The position numbers and the translations under genes were made by a program. The notes under the pieces were generated by a model. The model had not been told where the DNA came from. It was given only the letters and a program-made list of their open reading frames with translations, and did no database searches. A stretch of 64,000 nt of DNA from an uncultured Helicobacter sp. (GTDB taxonomy: Bacteria > Campylobacterota > Campylobacteria > Campylobacterales > UBA6016), in NCBI GenBank assembly GCA_964630205.1, contig CAZVTM010000002.1, forward strand, positions 31,235-95,234, given 5' to 3'. Below, piece by piece: positions 39,414 through 49,061 of the stretch (position 1 is its first letter; the number at the start of each line of letters is the position of its first letter).

Positions 39414-39811
39414 TTTTCTAATTTCAAGTCACCCACCCTCTCAAACTCTTTTGTGTTGTTCGTCACAAGCGTAGCACCCATAGATATGGCGTGAGCGGCA
39501 ATTAGTAGGTCATTTGCGCCGATAACGCTTCCGGATTTTTCAAGTGTTGCCCTTATGCTTCCGTACTCTATAGCGGCTTTGTCGTCGAACGGTATTATTT
39601 CTAATGGTGAGAGGAATTTTATGAGAGCAAGTTTGTTTTGCTCTTTTTTGGGCGATGAGCTTTTTGCCAACCCGTAAAACAGCTCCGCCACACTGATAGC
39701 CGATATATAGACTCTCTCACTCTCGCCCAACGCCAAGAATCTATCTAGCACCGCCTTTGGCTTGTTATTGATGATATAGATGCAGATATTGGTATCTAGC
39801 ATATAGCTCAC
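39392..39811 (-). CDS. vapC: PIN-domain toxin VapC
   Basis: MLDTNICIY N-terminus (first PIN acidic residue) and a C-terminal LVTNN.KEF motif. GTGA overlap with the vapB stop. Confidence 0.88.
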   Translation of the reverse strand: MSYMLDTNICIYIINNKPKAVLDRFLALGESERVYISAISVAELFYGLAKSSSPKKEQNKLALIKFLSPLEIIPFDDKAAIEYGSIRATLEKSGSVIGANDLLIAAHAISMGATLVTNNTKEFERVGDLKLENWDKDTK

Positions 39812-40050
39812 GAGAACAGCTCCGCTCTATGTTGCGACGGTAAATCATCTCTTGAGAGCGCAAAATCATCGCTAAACTCACCCACCGCCTCGACTAGTGC
39901 CTGCCATCTGTTGCTCTTGTGAGGGCTAAGGATAACAAAATCACCTAGCCTACTTATATACACCTCGCTCTCCCCATTAAACCGAAACTCTTTGGGGAGC
40001 CTCACCGCTTGACTTTGACCGTTTTGAAAGAGTTTTGCCGTTGCAGTCAT
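39808..40050 (-). CDS. vapB: AbrB/SpoVT-type antitoxin VapB
   Basis: 80 aa with AKLFQNGQSQAVRLPKEFRF, typical of VagC/VapB antitoxins. AAGGAG RBS. Confidence 0.85.
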   Translation of the reverse strand: MTATAKLFQNGQSQAVRLPKEFRFNGESEVYISRLGDFVILSPHKSNRWQALVEAVGEFSDDFALSRDDLPSQHRAELFS

Positions 40051-40160
40051 AACAAACTCCTTTTTTGATATATATTTTAGAGTATATACCTAAAAAGGAG
40101 TTTTGCCGTTGCTGTCATAATAAACTCCTTTTTTGATATATATTTTAGAGTATATACCTA
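40030..40160. repeat. 68-bp-period tandem duplication of the vapB promoter, RBS and first 7 codons
   Basis: The 63-nt units at 40030-40092 and 40098-40160 differ at 2 positions. The second copy keeps ATG-ACA-GCA-ACG-GCA-AAA-CTC and then diverges. Confidence 0.9.
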
Positions 40161-40287
40161 TTGAAGCTAAATGTCAATATGCATAGCATCAGCCGCTCAA
40201 ATGTCGCTCTTTGCAACGACAACGAAGCGGTAGAGGGGATAAGGATATTGATTATGTGATTGAGAGGTATCCGATACCTGTGAAGTA

Positions 40288-40314
40288 ATCTTGCAGGGCT
40301 AAGCCCTGCAAGAT
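40288..40314. terminator. 13-bp perfect hairpin downstream of the T5orf172 gene
   Basis: ATCTTGCAGGGCT-a-AGCCCTGCAAGAT lies 19 nt past the stop at 40333, with AT-rich flanks and no strong U-run on the minus strand. Confidence 0.45.
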
Positions 40315-40332
40315 ATTAATATTATTTATAGA

Positions 40333-40965
40333 TTATTCATCGTTAGAGCCATGGTAAGTATCGTAAATTTCCAAAATAGTCTTTCCCTTAAATGACCAAT
40401 ATGGAGCAGGTCCTATTGGATAGTCATCAGAAAGACCAAGGACTTTTCTCGTAGCCATCGTCAGAGAGCAAACTTCCCCGCCAAACTCAACTTTTTTAGA
40501 GTCTACAACTCTTGCTGTTTGCTCTGAATCTTTATTGAAAATAAGTATTGAGTCACTTGGTATTCCTAACTCCAGAAAATCCAGTCGCGGTCGTCTACTT
40601 TTCTTAAGAGCGGTTGCAGACTGTTTATCAATAGCGTCAGAATCCGACTCAACTTGCAGTTCAATTTCAACGGTAATATCTTTAATCTCTAAAAGCTTTA
40701 AAATGGCGACAACTCTTTCAGGTTCAATTTTAAAAAATTCTCGATTTGGATTTATCCTTTTGTCGCCAAAGGCAAAATGTAGAGCTTTTTCCACTTTAAT
40801 AGCGTCTGCCACTTGGCATGCAAAAACACAATCAAATGGAACTGGAACCCCAGTTGTAAAAAGTTCCTTCATTCTTTTTTCAACTTCTGCTTTATTCGTC
40901 ATACCAATTTTGGTTAATCCAGGCATAGCTGGATTAGTAAGAACATAAACAATATTGTTTTCCAT
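40333..40965 (-). CDS. T5orf172/MUG113 (GIY-YIG superfamily) domain protein with extra C-terminal domain
   Basis: Start at the ATG at 40965. The sequence IVYVLTNPAMPGLTKIGMT......R..EL.TTGVP.PF fits the T5orf172 pattern. It begins 1 nt after the ilvD stop. Lower GC by eye. Confidence 0.7.
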   Translation of the reverse strand: MENNIVYVLTNPAMPGLTKIGMTNKAEVEKRMKELFTTGVPVPFDCVFACQVADAIKVEKALHFAFGDKRINPNREFFKIEPERVVAILKLLEIKDITVEIELQVESDSDAIDKQSATALKKSRRPRLDFLELGIPSDSILIFNKDSEQTARVVDSKKVEFGGEVCSLTMATRKVLGLSDDYPIGPAPYWSFKGKTILEIYDTYHGSNDE

Positions 40966-40966
40966 T

Positions 40967-42646
40967 TTACAGCTCAGTCTTAAGCACCGCTCCACTACTT
41001 GCATTCGTTACAAGTAGTCCATATCTTTTGAGCCATTTTGAGTTGATATGTTTTTTGTGCTCTTTGAAGCTCTTTCGTCTCGCCTCTATAACCTCTTCAG
41101 ATAGATTGGCGTGAAGCATGTGGCTATCCACATCTAGGCTAATTTCATCGCCATCTTCAAGTAGTCCTATGAGCCCACCCTCTGCCGCTTCTGGGCTGAT
41201 GTGTCCTATGCATGCGCCACGAGTCGCTCCAGAGAATCTGCCGTCCGTGATGAGCGCTACCGACTCGCCTAGTCCCATGCCTGCGATGAGGCTCGTAGGG
41301 GTGAGCATCTCTTGCATACCTGGGCCTCCCCTAGGCCCTTCGTATCTGATGACCACGACATGTCCGGCTACGACTTTGCCACCCATGATGCCCGCTATCG
41401 CTTCATCTTGAGAGTTGAAGCATATCGCTTTGCCTGTAAACTTCCTCATACTCGGCTGTATGCCCGCAGTTTTGACGACGCACCCTTGCTCCGCCAGATT
41501 GCCAAATAGTATCGCTAGACCGCCAACGGCTGAGTATGCATTTTCGTTCGTGTGGATAATACTTGTGTCTTTGATCTCTGCACCCGCTATTCTCTCACCG
41601 ATAGTCTCACCCGTGATTGTCAGAGCATCAGTTCGCAATATGTCGCCTCGCTTGCTTACCTCTTTCATGACCGCGTTTACGCCGCCCGCACGGCCTATGT
41701 CTTCCATGTGTACCGTACTTAGAGAGGGGCTGATTTTGGCTATATGAGCCACTTTGCCCGCTATATCATTGATGTGTGCTATCGGGAAGTCCACGCCCGC
41801 CTCTTTGGCTATTGCTAGCATATGAAGGACGGTGTTCGAGCTTCCACCCATCGCCATATCTACGACAAAGGCGTTGTGTACAGCCTTGTCATTTAGGATA
41901 TTTCTGATTTTGTATCTCTCGTCAAGCGCTATTTCGACGATTCTTTTTGCCGCCGTTTTTATCATCTCTATTCTCTCAGGAGTCATCGCAAGTACGGTTC
42001 CGTTGCCAGGCAGTGCGATACCCATAGCCTCACAAAGAGTATTCATGGAGTTTGCCGTGAACATCCCGCTACATGAGCCGCCGCTTGGGCATGCTTGGCA
42101 CTCTATCTCATATAGCTCTTCATCGGTTATTGTGCCGTTATTTTTTTTGCCCACAGCCTCAAACGCCGTCGCAAGGTCGATAGGCGTACCGTCCTTTAGG
42201 TGTCCCGCTTTCATAGGACCGCCGGATACAAACACAGTCGGTACATTCACCCTAAGTGCGCCCATTATCATCCCAGGAACTATCTTGTCGCAATTTGGGA
42301 TACAGATTAGCGCATCTAGCTTGTGTGCGTTCATAACCGTCTCGATACTATCGGCTATCAGCTCACGGCTAGGCAAACTATAAAGCATCCCGTCATGCCC
42401 CATCGCTATACCGTCGTCCACGCCGATGGTGTTAAACTCAAAAGGTACGCCGCCGGCTTCCCTTATCGCCTCTTTGACTATCCTACCGTACTCTTGGAGG
42501 AAAAAATGCCCCGGAATGATGTCTATATGGCTGTTTGCTACGCCGATAAAGGGCTTATCAAAATCCTCGTCTTTTAGTCCCGTTGCCCTTAGCAAACTTC
42601 TATGCGGGGTCTTCTCCCACCCTTTTTTGATTGTATCGCTTCTCAT
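40967..42646 (-). CDS. ilvD: Dihydroxy-acid dehydratase
   Basis: 559 aa with [27 protein letters not shown] and [11 protein letters not shown] motifs. Confidence 0.96.
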   Translation of the reverse strand: MRSDTIKKGWEKTPHRSLLRATGLKDEDFDKPFIGVANSHIDIIPGHFFLQEYGRIVKEAIREAGGVPFEFNTIGVDDGIAMGHDGMLYSLPSRELIADSIETVMNAHKLDALICIPNCDKIVPGMIMGALRVNVPTVFVSGGPMKAGHLKDGTPIDLATAFEAVGKKNNGTITDEELYEIECQACPSGGSCSGMFTANSMNTLCEAMGIALPGNGTVLAMTPERIEMIKTAAKRIVEIALDERYKIRNILNDKAVHNAFVVDMAMGGSSNTVLHMLAIAKEAGVDFPIAHINDIAGKVAHIAKISPSLSTVHMEDIGRAGGVNAVMKEVSKRGDILRTDALTITGETIGERIAGAEIKDTSIIHTNENAYSAVGGLAILFGNLAEQGCVVKTAGIQPSMRKFTGKAICFNSQDEAIAGIMGGKVVAGHVVVIRYEGPRGGPGMQEMLTPTSLIAGMGLGESVALITDGRFSGATRGACIGHISPEAAEGGLIGLLEDGDEISLDVDSHMLHANLSEEVIEARRKSFKEHKKHINSKWLKRYGLLVTNASSGAVLKTEL

Positions 42647-42767
42647 CTATCGTCCTAACGAAAAAATTTTGACAAATTATACAAAAGGGCGATATAATTT
42701 CGCCACTAAAGCTAAAAAGGGGCTGAATTAAATACGAAAGAGATAACCGAGATTTTTAGGCGTGAAT

Positions 42768-43325
42768 TTAATTCTCGCTAATTTTCTCGGCTTTATAAAT
42801 ATAAACTTCTAGCTTTCCGCTTTTGTAAAAGTCTGATTCAAGTCCGGCTTTTTGGCAAAGGCGGGAAATAAACTCTTCTTTGCCAGAAATCTCTTCCCAT
42901 ACGGACGGTAGAAAGGTTGCTTGATAATCTTCGTATTTTATGATTATTCCGTCTTCAAACGGCGTGATTTTGGATAGAAGCTCATCCGCAGTAGCATATG
43001 ACAACTCTACAGGCTCATGTAATAATGATAGTTCTATTTTGATAAACGGAAGTTCAGTGATATTCATAGGCGGGAATCTAGGATCGTGAAATGCGCTTGA
43101 CAGGGCATTTTCAACGATATCTTCTTGCAGGCTCCTATGTGCTATAAGCGAGCCGATACAACCTCTTAATGCACCCTCTTTTGTCTTGAGTGTTACAAAT
43201 ACGGCACCTTTTTGTCCGAATACCTCAGGAAGCTGATCGGCTCTTACGGCCGGCGTCCTAAGCAGTTCGCTCTCTATCGCATTTCTGGCAAGCCTCAAAG
43301 CCGTTAGCTTTTCGCTCTCTGTCAT
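42768..43325 (-). CDS. AMMECR1-domain protein (AmmeMemoRadiSam system protein A-like)
   Basis: 185 aa with GAVFVTL...G.LRGCIGS and DPRFPP motifs. Confidence 0.8.
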   Translation of the reverse strand: MTESEKLTALRLARNAIESELLRTPAVRADQLPEVFGQKGAVFVTLKTKEGALRGCIGSLIAHRSLQEDIVENALSSAFHDPRFPPMNITELPFIKIELSLLHEPVELSYATADELLSKITPFEDGIIIKYEDYQATFLPSVWEEISGKEEFISRLCQKAGLESDFYKSGKLEVYIYKAEKISEN

Positions 43326-43402
43326 TGCCCTTCCTTATAAAACATAAAACTTCCGTACCCTACCACACTATCCTTATCACCAGTGGTATCGCCGCTTGTT
43401 TT

Positions 43403-44128
43403 TTAGTCTAGCGTTTTTGATTTTAAGTTATGTTTAAGAGCATATTGAACCGATGCTATTATCGCAGGTTTCCCGCAAGCTTGACAGCCGGCAAACATCG
43501 GCAAATCAAGTTCTTCTATGCCTTTAATACAATACGAGTCGATAGCCATCGCCTCTTTTTGGGAATAATAATGGCTAAGATCGCTACTGATAATCGCAAT
43601 TCTACTATCATCTAGCAAAAACTCTTCCAAAATTAAAAATAACTCGTCATGGCTTATATCTCCATACACCAATGGAACTATACTAAAGTCTTTGAGTGCG
43701 ATTTTTAAAAAAGGAAGCTGAACTTCCAAAGAGTGTTCAAGCTTATGAGGAATAGCGCTTGATATCAGACTCGGGAATTTACTTATAAGCCTTTGAGACT
43801 CCGCCATATCTACCTGTATGTCACCCATAGGCATCTCAAATATTTTATCTGGACTGAGGGCGGCATTTTCCAGATAAACTCTATGGGAAGGCCCCATGAT
43901 TAAAATTTTGTATGGGATATTTTGATCTAGATTTTGTAGCTGACGATAGGCGTACCCTGCCGTATAACCGCTATAAACAAAGCCGGCATGCGGAGAAATA
44001 ATAATACGAGGCTTATAGCCAAAATCGGGTGAACTCTCTATCGCATACCGAGCAAACTCCGTGAGCTTGTCTTCCTCTTTTGGATAAAAGATACCGGCGA
44101 CCGCAGGCTGCCTAACACCCATTGTCAA
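43403..44128 (-). CDS. MEMO1-family protein (AmmeMemoRadiSam system protein B-like)
   Basis: 241 aa with P.VAG.FYP N-terminus, SPHAG..YSG, GPSH and DLSHY motifs. Confidence 0.8.
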   Translation of the reverse strand: MTMGVRQPAVAGIFYPKEEDKLTEFARYAIESSPDFGYKPRIIISPHAGFVYSGYTAGYAYRQLQNLDQNIPYKILIMGPSHRVYLENAALSPDKIFEMPMGDIQVDMAESQRLISKFPSLISSAIPHKLEHSLEVQLPFLKIALKDFSIVPLVYGDISHDELFLILEEFLLDDSRIAIISSDLSHYYSQKEAMAIDSYCIKGIEELDLPMFAGCQACGKPAIIASVQYALKHNLKSKTLD

Positions 44129-44316
44129 AACTCCGAATTAATATATGGTTTTATTTTTATATCAGAAATTAAATAAAATAAATATAAATGAAATAAAACA
44201 ACAACATTTTCTTAACAAATTTCCGTTAGAATCACTCAAACTCTGTATATTGCAGGGCAAAACAAGCGAAGCATTTTATGTTTCCTTGTAAATCTAAATC
44301 AAAAAGGGAGTCTTGA

Positions 44317-45051
44317 ATGGGACTTTACGATAGAGACTACGCTAGAAGCTCTCAAACGGATAACGGTCTTGAGAGAATCGATTATCAAACAAGAGAGGAA
44401 GAACAACCGCACGTCATAACGGACATCAATGCGTTTGTAAAGACTACCTACTCTTATTTTGCCGCATCGTTAATGGCCGGAACTGCCGGAGCATATGCGG
44501 GTATGCAAGCTGCGGCGACGATAAAAAGTTTTTATTGGCCTCTAGTAATTTTGGAAATTGCTCTTATTTTCGGTCTTCATTTTGTTAGAAATAAGCCGGG
44601 TATCAATACTGTTGTGCTTTTTGCATTTACGTTTATCAGCGGCCTTACGCTTACACCTCTTCTTAGCAATATTATGAATATGCCTGGCGGTGCAGGCATC
44701 ATAACAAATGCATTTTTGATGACATCTGTTGCGTTTGGCGCACTTACAATGTTTGCGATGAACACAAAAAAAGACTTTACGATGATGGGCAAAATGCTAT
44801 TTATAGGGCTAATCGTAATGATAGTGGGCGGTATAGTTAACATATTTCTAGGAAGCCCTATACTCCAGTTGCTTCTTGCTGGTGCAGGCGCTATGCTGTT
44901 TAGCTTTTTTATACTATACGATACGCAAAATATCATCCAAGGCGCTTATGATTCGCCTGTTAGCGCAGCGGCAAGCCTATATCTTGATTTTCTAAATCTT
45001 TTCGTATCTCTTCTACAAATACTAGGTATCTTTGGCGGCAAAGAAGAGTAA
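44317..45051 (+). CDS. Bax inhibitor-1/YccA family membrane protein
   Basis: 244 aa, 7 TM, with a C-terminal LYLDF.N.F...L motif. Confidence 0.8.
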   Translation: MGLYDRDYARSSQTDNGLERIDYQTREEEQPHVITDINAFVKTTYSYFAASLMAGTAGAYAGMQAAATIKSFYWPLVILEIALIFGLHFVRNKPGINTVVLFAFTFISGLTLTPLLSNIMNMPGGAGIITNAFLMTSVAFGALTMFAMNTKKDFTMMGKMLFIGLIVMIVGGIVNIFLGSPILQLLLAGAGAMLFSFFILYDTQNIIQGAYDSPVSAAASLYLDFLNLFVSLLQILGIFGGKEE

Positions 45052-45457
45052 CGGCGATTTGGCAAGCCTCTTACGGCTTGTCGACGCCAATTTAAATCGC
45101 CTAAAAGAAGGGGTGAGGGTCGTTGAGGACGTATGCAGATTTGTATATGAATTCAAAGATGAAGCCTCAAAACTTAAATCCATCAGACACTCAGCCAAAA
45201 CAACATATCTATTGGAAGCCCTATCGCATCGCGATATTATAGGCGATATCCTCAAAAAATCCACGGCAAGCGAAAAATCGAGAGAAGATATAAACTCATT
45301 GTTGATAGCCAACTTTAAACGAGCGGAAGAATCGGCTAGAGTGCTTGAAGAAACGCTGAAGCTTTTTAGCGAAGATGAAGCGGAAAAAAAAAAAAAAATT
45401 AGATATGAGCTTTACGACGTAGAAAAATCGCTCTTTACGAAGCTGCCGACCGCATAA
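45032..45457 (+). CDS. Small protein resembling the N-terminal extension domain of long ThiE proteins
   Basis: TTG start. The LVDANLNRLKEGVRVVEDVCRF pattern is recalled from ThiE N-terminal domains (unverified). Carries an A15 run near the 3' end. Confidence 0.45.
   Translation: MAAKKSNGDLASLLRLVDANLNRLKEGVRVVEDVCRFVYEFKDEASKLKSIRHSAKTTYLLEALSHRDIIGDILKKSTASEKSREDINSLLIANFKRAEESARVLEETLKLFSEDEAEKKKKIRYELYDVEKSLFTKLPTA
45384..45398 (+). repeat. Poly-A (A15) homopolymer inside a CDS
   Basis: Direct read: cgg-a15-tta, encoding EKKKKI. It lies 14 nt from the stop of the convergent methyltransferase gene. Confidence 0.9.
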
Positions 45458-46128
45458 GCCACCTCAAACTCTAATGTCTTTGGACCGCTCTCATATAGTC
45501 TTTTTGCCTCTTGATAGCTTATCTTATTCCCACCCCCGGATACTCCGGTATATTTGATATATCTTACGGCTTCTTTTGGACTCTCAAACTCTTTTTTAAA
45601 GCTCTCTACCCAAAAATCATCAACCGTAAAATCGGCGATAGCACGCTCAAACTCAGACGATGTAGGCAAAAAACTATCAACCCCTAAAAACTTACGGACA
45701 GACGAGAATGTCCCTCTCGTAAATACGCTAATGGCAAACTTGTCAGAGAGACCGGATAGGCTACTTATAGAGCTACCGATATCTTTTGACCACTGCAATG
45801 CGGAGGACGACAAAAGAAGATCAAATCTCCCAAAACAATCCAACACCTTATCCGTCAAGGCAGAATCGTCAAAATCACCTTGCATAACAACACAGCCGCC
45901 ACGCTTTTCATGCAAATCGCACATCTTACGGCTTGCGTCAACTCCCAAAAAAATCTCTTGCCCTCCACCGCATAATTCAAACAGAGCCCCGTCGCCACAC
46001 CCTATATCTATTATTTTTCGATAATCTCTTATTTGCAGTCTTGCTAGTAGTTTTTTTGCTATTTCGTCTTGAACGTCTCTGTTTTTTGAATAACTCAGGG
46101 CATACCTGTCAAACTGGTTTTTTGGCAT
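45412..46128 (-). CDS. Class I SAM-dependent methyltransferase (BioC-like)
   Basis: 238 aa with the SAM motif I IIDIGCGDG. The N-terminal FDRYA..Y......Q resembles BioC-type enzymes. Confidence 0.65.
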   Translation of the reverse strand: MPKNQFDRYALSYSKNRDVQDEIAKKLLARLQIRDYRKIIDIGCGDGALFELCGGGQEIFLGVDASRKMCDLHEKRGGCVVMQGDFDDSALTDKVLDCFGRFDLLLSSSALQWSKDIGSSISSLSGLSDKFAISVFTRGTFSSVRKFLGVDSFLPTSSEFERAIADFTVDDFWVESFKKEFESPKEAVRYIKYTGVSGGGNKISYQEAKRLYESGPKTLEFEVAYAVGSFVKSDFSTS

Positions 46129-46204
46129 TACTTTTTTTCAAACTTTTTTGGCTAGAATTTCAGGCTTTATTATACCCACAAAGAAGCGTCAAGGAAATAA
46201 AATT

Positions 46205-46495
46205 ATGATAAGTTTCGCAGTAGCAATACAATTTATTTTGGCAATTATTCTTACGATAGCCGTAATGCTTCAAAAAAGCTCCTCAATAGGTCTTGGAGCA
46301 TATAGCGGAAGCAATGAATCCGTATTTGGAGCCAAAGGTCCGGCAGGTTTTCTATCTAAAGCCACGTTTATTATAGGTCTTTTATTTATCGTAAATACAG
46401 TATTTTTAACATACTCTTTCAATAAAGAAAAAAATAAATCCGTAATCGATACGGTAAAAGTGCTTACCCCTACTCAAAACATGCCGGTAAAATGA
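46205..46495 (+). CDS. secG: Preprotein translocase subunit SecG
   Basis: Start at MISFAVAI. Two TMs flank the LQKSSS.GLG...G motif. Confidence 0.8.
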   Translation: MISFAVAIQFILAIILTIAVMLQKSSSIGLGAYSGSNESVFGAKGPAGFLSKATFIIGLLFIVNTVFLTYSFNKEKNKSVIDTVKVLTPTQNMPVK

Positions 46496-47433
46496 AACCT
46501 TTTCTACTCCTTTTCATATTTTGCGCATCGCTTTTTGCCGATGCGCATATATTGTGCTACCACAGATTTGACGACCCGAAACCAAAATACAAACATACAA
46601 ATATCTCATCAAAAAAGTTTTCACAGCAGATTGAAAGTCTAAAAAGCGAAGGGTACAAATTTGCCTCTCTATCATCCGTCGTAACATCACTAAAAAACAA
46701 AAAGCCGATTGGCGATAAAGTAATCGTAATCACGATTGATGATGCCTATAAAAGCTTTTATGACTATGCATTCCCCATACTAAAGGCTCAAAAAATACCT
46801 TTTACCCTTTTTGCATATACGGACGCTATAAATAATAAATACAAAGATTACATGAACTGGGAACAAATAAAAGAGGCTTCAAAATACGGGGATATACAAC
46901 TGCACTCCCATGCACATAAAGATTTGACCAAACTAACAGCAGACGAACTCAAAAAAGATACCGCAGAGGGGATAGCCAGTTTTGAAAAAAACATGGGATA
47001 TAAGCCAAAGCTTTATGCAATACCTTTCGGAATCTATAATCTAGCCGTTAAAAACTCACTAAAAGCGAGCGGCTTTGAGGCGATAATGACTGTTGATGCA
47101 GGGGCAGTAAATGGAGCTAGCGACATTTATCAGCTAGAGAGAATAGCAATAGATGAAGGGACAGACTTTAAGCTCGCCTTAGGTGTAAAACCTCTGGATA
47201 TCACATTGCAAAAACCTGTAGGCGATTTGGAAAAAATAATCAAAGGAACCGTGCAAAACTACAGCGGCAAAACAATCAAAATGTACGTAGCAAAAGGCGA
47301 TGTCAGAACGCTTGAGCTTAAAAACGGTACTTTTGAGGCAAAAATAGATATGTCAAAAGTAAATAGCAAGCAAAAGCTTATTTTTTATAACGAAGGACAC
47401 AGATACCGCGCTAAACTTATAGAAAAGGACTAG
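46492..47433 (+). CDS. Secreted polysaccharide deacetylase (NodB/CE4 family)
   Basis: Signal peptide, ITIDDAY (the TFDD-type metal motif region) and HSHAH. Confidence 0.7.
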   Translation: MKPFLLLFIFCASLFADAHILCYHRFDDPKPKYKHTNISSKKFSQQIESLKSEGYKFASLSSVVTSLKNKKPIGDKVIVITIDDAYKSFYDYAFPILKAQKIPFTLFAYTDAINNKYKDYMNWEQIKEASKYGDIQLHSHAHKDLTKLTADELKKDTAEGIASFEKNMGYKPKLYAIPFGIYNLAVKNSLKASGFEAIMTVDAGAVNGASDIYQLERIAIDEGTDFKLALGVKPLDITLQKPVGDLEKIIKGTVQNYSGKTIKMYVAKGDVRTLELKNGTFEAKIDMSKVNSKQKLIFYNEGHRYRAKLIEKD

Positions 47434-47439
47434 ATAGAT

Positions 47440-47997
47440 ATGATTGAAGAAATTTACTCTTTTGCAAATGACGGAATGAATAAGGCGCTTGATTCCCTAA
47501 AAAGGGATTTTGGAACTATTAGAAGCGGCAAAGTAAGCCTCTCTATACTTGATAGCATCAAGGTTGACTACTACGGTACGCCTACAGCCCTTAACGGCGT
47601 GGCAAACCTAGGTACGCCGGATGCGACAACTATCACGATAACACCTTGGGAAAAATCCATGCTAAAAGAGATAGAAAAAGCTATCCAAATAGCTAACATA
47701 GGCGTAAATCCCGGCAATAACGGCGAATGCGTAATACTCTCTTTCCCTCCGATGACAATGGAACAAAGAAAAGAGAACGCCAAAAAAGCAAAAGCATTTG
47801 GCGAAAACGCAAAAGTAGCAATAAGAAACGTAAGACGTGACGCAAACGACAAAGTAAAAAAACTCGAAAAAGACAAAGCGATAAGCGAAGACGACTCAAA
47901 AAGAGCACAAGACAAAATCCAAAAAATTACGGATGAGTTTGTGGCAAAAGTAGATTCGCTATGTGAGCAAAAAGAAGCCGAACTTCTAAAGGTATAA
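47440..47997 (+). CDS. frr: Ribosome recycling factor
   Basis: 185 aa with R.GK....LD.I.V.YYG..T.L, PPMT.E.R and IR..RRDAND. Confidence 0.95.
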   Translation: MIEEIYSFANDGMNKALDSLKRDFGTIRSGKVSLSILDSIKVDYYGTPTALNGVANLGTPDATTITITPWEKSMLKEIEKAIQIANIGVNPGNNGECVILSFPPMTMEQRKENAKKAKAFGENAKVAIRNVRRDANDKVKKLEKDKAISEDDSKRAQDKIQKITDEFVAKVDSLCEQKEAELLKV

Positions 47998-47999
47998 CG

Positions 48000-48608
48000 A
48001 TGGACGTAGCACAAATATACAAAGACGCAAATGCTTTGCTTGAGGGGCACTTTCTACTCTCAAGCGGCAATCACTCGCAGTTTTACCTCCAATCGGCAAA
48101 GGTGCTTGAAGACCCAAAAGTTGCGGGTGTATTGGCGGATGAACTAGCAAAACAAATAAAAGCCGCCGGAATAGATATAGACACCGTGTGCTCACCTGCC
48201 CTTGGGGGAATATTGGCTGGGTATGAGCTTGCAAGAGCGCTTGGCGTAAGATTTATATTTACCGAGAGGGTAAATGGAGAGATGACGCTAAGACGAGGCT
48301 TTGAAGTCAAAAAAGGCGAAAAGCTACTCATTTGCGAAGACATCATCACAACAGGCGGAAGCGCCGTTGAGGCTATGAAAGCAGTAGAGGCGCTAGGCGG
48401 AGAGGTAGTCGCTTTTGGAGCGCTGGCAAACAGAGGATTTTGCGAGAGAGTAGGCGGTGCGGCAAAAAGAAAACCTGAAGCCAAATTACCGGCAGATAAG
48501 CCTTTCTTTGCCTTAGCTGACTTTGATTTTGAGATGTACTCACCTGACAACTGTCCACTGTGCAAAAACGGTAGCGTAGCCGTCAAACCGGGCAGTAGAG
48601 GCAACTAG
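48000..48608 (+). CDS. pyrE: Orotate phosphoribosyltransferase
   Basis: 202 aa with GHF.LSSG.HS and the PRPP motif [13 protein letters not shown]. Confidence 0.9.
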   Translation: MDVAQIYKDANALLEGHFLLSSGNHSQFYLQSAKVLEDPKVAGVLADELAKQIKAAGIDIDTVCSPALGGILAGYELARALGVRFIFTERVNGEMTLRRGFEVKKGEKLLICEDIITTGGSAVEAMKAVEALGGEVVAFGALANRGFCERVGGAAKRKPEAKLPADKPFFALADFDFEMYSPDNCPLCKNGSVAVKPGSRGN

Positions 48609-49061
48609 GTGTACCTAGATAAAAACAGGAGATTTGTCTATCCAAATCCACTGCTCCGCCTTAGCGCATTCTTGCTCGATTCTTTTATTATCGTCACACC
48701 TATTGCAATGTTGTGGGGCGTGATATTCGGCTACCACGAGATGAAGACAGACAACCCCAAACCGTACCTTCTGGCGATAGAAATAGTAGCAGTATGGCTC
48801 ATAACATCCTACCTCATATCCACAAGGGCGCAGACCCCCGGTAAAAAAGCGTTTGGGATGTATGTAGTCTCTGTCGGAAATTTTGAGAAAATCAGCTTCG
48901 CAAGAGCGTCTTTTAGATTTTTGTTATGGCTTTTATGCTGGGTTAGCCTCGGTATCGGCTTTTTTATAGCTTTTTTTTCACAGCAAAAACAAACCCTTGC
49001 AGATAAGTTTTCAGGCACCGTAGTAGTGCGCGATATCGGTGAAAAAAACAAGGATGCCTAG
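48609..49061 (+). CDS. RDD-family membrane protein
   Basis: 150 aa, GTG start, 3 TM, with R..A...D and GKK.FG and a ..LADK.SGT.VV C-terminus. Confidence 0.7.
   Translation: MYLDKNRRFVYPNPLLRLSAFLLDSFIIVTPIAMLWGVIFGYHEMKTDNPKPYLLAIEIVAVWLITSYLISTRAQTPGKKAFGMYVVSVGNFEKISFARASFRFLLWLLCWVSLGIGFFIAFFSQQKQTLADKFSGTVVVRDIGEKNKDA

Noticed and set aside
40030-40160. The repeat near vapB as a CRISPR array or attachment-site pair.
   Set aside because: There are only two copies, directly tandem with a 5-nt spacer, and no cas genes. The repeat contains the vapB start region itself, so this is a local tandem duplication.
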